From Raillietiella orientalis (lineage: Eukaryota): a DNA stretch of 64,000 bases. Positions within the stretch are counted from its first letter, which is position 1. Every line of letters starts with the position of its first letter. A program made the translations under genes and the position numbers. The stretch covers positions 4,216,001 to 4,280,000 of the forward strand of contig JAYWIR010000003.1 in NCBI GenBank assembly GCA_036172245.1, in the 5' to 3' direction. Positions 61,300 to 64,000 of the stretch are shown piece after piece. A model generated the notes under the pieces. That model saw only the letters and a list, made by a program, of their open reading frames with translations. It made no database searches and had not been told where the DNA came from.

Positions 61300-62350
61300 C
61301 CCTTCCCTTTCCCCCGAGTGACGCTCGCTGACGTGTCCTCACCAGGTCCGGCCACGCCCCCTGGTCCCGTTCATCCTTCGGTGTGCTCTCCCGGGACTCA
61401 CGGACCCTAGCAGGACCCGGACTCCTGCTGTGATTTCTTTATCCTCTGCGTTTCTTGCATGGGAATGTAACCAGTGCTTCCGGTCTTGATCGAGTCGGAC
61501 ACGGAAAGAGCAGAGGGAGGTACTCTCCTGCAGGAGGCGAAGATGGCTGCCCCTGAGAGACCTGCGAAAAGATGAAGTCGCGCGGCGGGGGCTGGAACTG
61601 GACTCCCGAAACATCTGGTCCAGGGAACCCTTCCCTCTCCTCCCTCCTGTTCCCCATGAGAGATTCCTTCGTCGGCTTGGAGATTGCTGCGGAAGCTGCG
61701 AGCACATCTCTCCGCGTGACCTGCAGTCGTCCTCTCCGGGCACAGCCTTCGGGGTGATCCCTCGAGAGTCCTCCTCAGGAAGCACCTGAGCAGCAGCATC
61801 GCGGCGAAATGGGAAGTTACGGTGAGCATCTCCGGAAGGGAAAAAGGACTAGACAAGTGAAAGACGAGCCAGTTCACCGACGCTGTGACCCCGAGTACAT
61901 TGCACCACGGACTCCTGCGCCGGGACGAGTGGACCCCAAATGTGTCAGGTGCGGGAAACGTGAATCCCTCCCCCACCTGTTAATGGACTGTGTTGCCCTC
62001 CGGCCCCTCTGGGAATGCTTTGCAGCGACCCTAGGAACCCCCGGAGGCAACTCCAGAGACGCTATAAAACCCCTCTTTGTTCGCGAAGCTCTTCGGCCAG
62101 CGGGCTCCCTGGAAGCCCTGGAAGCCTACGCAGGATCGTCGCTGCGTGGAGTGATGCAAGGGGAGGGCGCAGCAACAGGGATGCCACATCAACTTCGCCC
62201 GCCGCTTTTTCAGGATGGCAACGAGATGGCCCCACCCAGATAATCCAGCAAGACCTTGCCAACATCACACAGAGGATGAACAGCTCCGCCCCTGGCACAA
62301 CCTGATCCCTTCTCGCATCCCTCCTCCCCAAAAGTGTATTTTTATTTTTT
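61300..62350 (+). mobile_element. L1/Tx1-like ORF2 C-terminus with CCHC (zf-RVT-type) zinc knuckle
   Basis: CVRCGKRESLPHLLMDCVALRPLW in ORF 61809..62243 is a clear non-LTR C-terminal zinc motif. The 5' boundary is approximate. Confidence 0.7.
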
Positions 62351-62489
62351 GTCTCCTTTTTTTTTTTTGTTTAATCCCTCCTTCTGCTGTCGTGGTGGAC
62401 CACACCGGTCTGTGATCCGGGGACCCGGCAGGCTCCCGTTAAGTTGCACGTAGTTGAACCGCCTCTCCAACCACAGTTCTTAGAAAATG

Positions 62490-64000
62490 TTTTTTTTTTA
62501 TTGGAATAAACGCCCCGGATCACGCGGGTAAAAATCGAGAGCCCTCCTGACCGGCTCGATGCTTCCGTCCTCTTCGCCCCGTTCGAGCTTTTGACGCGCC
62601 ACACTGCGGCGAGAATGACGTAGTGGGCTGCTTCCGCGACGGACCCGACTGGGCGGTCCCTCGGCACCCTGTGGGCTCTCGAGTTTTCTACTTGGTCGAC
62701 GATGAGCGCCGCAGGCTGCGCGCAGGCCGGGGGGTTGGGTGCGAGGAGGGAAACACGCCGGGAGCGGCGATGATGGCGACCTCGAGGAGGCCCAGCTGCG
62801 AGCCCGAGGTCTGAGGTGGTTCCCCGGTAACCGGCGCAAGCGGAGGAGCCCGCGGAGTAGCAGAGGAGTCGCTTCGCGACCGGAGGGAAGCTACCGCAGC
62901 TTCGTGTCCCTCTCCGAATCCCTCCTTGGAGCTTCCAAGATAGACGGGAAGACCACTCCCCGACCTCGAGGCTCTCCGCTCTCGGCCTGCCGTCTTCAGG
63001 GTGACGCACTCTCCGGGTGACAAATGCCCTGCCCGCAGCTTCCACTCCTCCACATTCTGGTCGCAGGGGCCGCCTCATTCCTAGGTGAGCAGCCTCCCTT
63101 CGAGGTTTGTGCCTGGAGGTTCGGGGTCTAGCGTCCAAGGAGGCTCTAGAAGGCGAGAGGGGGGTCATCACTGGACGCCGTGTAGGAGGGGCTGTCCGCC
63201 CAAAAGCGCGCCCGATGAGGCGGCACCGTGGGGTCCGGTGGTATCCCCGACGAGAAGGAGCACCGCGTTGTCCTCATCGGGACTTTTCCAGAGTGCCGCA
63301 ACCCCGCGACGAAGCGACTCCCGGATTCACCTTCTCGCGCACCCATTTTCCAAGAGCGAGTCGAGCCACAGGAGAGCGCTTCTTGCCTTGGAATCCACCG
63401 TTAACATGGTCGTAATTGCCCTTCCCCCCTCCCGCTCCCTCCCCCCCGAAAAGAAAATGGACCGAAAATGCCGGGAGATAAAACGGAGGAAAGTGCTTTC
63501 CCCGGTCAACTTCCGGTATGCGTTTTTCCTCGCTCCTGGTTCTACGAGCGGCATCGACCCGAGCCAATCCAGGTCCCCTCTCCTTTCCCAAAACGCGGGC
63601 GCAATCCCGGAGGCATTGCGTGATAACGGGATCCGAGCGGCTGCTGTGATAGGGAGCGAAAACCGAGGCGGTTGGGAGACCGGACGAGGGAAGGAGGGGG
63701 AGGGGGATTTAGGAGCGTCTGATAAAGGAAAATTACGGATGACAAAAAAAAAACGCCGTGGACAGCAGAGTCAGCCTGAAAAGGGAGGTGAAGAAAAAAA
63801 AAGTGACTTGGATTTGGATTGCTGCTGAGGCCCGACAGCTTTAATGAGCAATCGCGAAGCCTTCGACGGTCACAGTCCCTCAGCCTGGACGCGCAGGTCG
63901 GCTGGAGTCTCCGACGTGCCGTCGCCCATCATGACAGGCGAGGAGGGGGTCATCCTGGCTGCCACGGCGAAAGCCTGTCCGCCGCCCTCCGACCCCCATC
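62490..64000 (-). mobile_element. Decayed L1/Tx1-like element with AATAAA and poly(A) end
   Basis: Minus strand ends caataaaaaaaaaa at about 62490. Relics include FRLTLLST, EKRIPEVDR, HVNGG, WKLRAGHLSPGECVTLK and AAHYVILAAVWR. Confidence 0.55.

Overview
Eukaryotic (invertebrate, probably arthropod) genomic DNA. It is GC-rich, full of homopolymers and microsatellites, and almost all ORFs in the supplied track are spurious. The window holds two tandem, minus-strand, multi-exon genes of the hamlet/EGL-43/MECOM(EVI1)/PRDM16 zinc-finger family: gene A at about 32218-26652 (6 coding exons, about 726 aa) and gene B at about 51768-45706 (5 coding exons, about 630 aa). They share intron phases, eroded PR/SET domains, a PLDLS CtBP motif and split C2H2 arrays. 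Their two zinc-finger blocks are almost identical at the DNA level while everything else has diverged beyond alignment, which suggests domain-restricted gene conversion. A decayed third partial copy lies at 23286-23498. The most unexpected signal is two independent insertions of the same ~31-nt 5' fragment of U2 snRNA (23411-23441 + and 56380-56410 -). Both are cut at the same position, both are flanked by target-site duplications, and the first can be checked against the empty site in gene A. Most of the DNA outside the GC-rich cores is heavily decayed L1/Tx1-like non-LTR retrotransposon sequence. Gene models and alignments were made by hand; reference motifs are recalled from memory, not searched.
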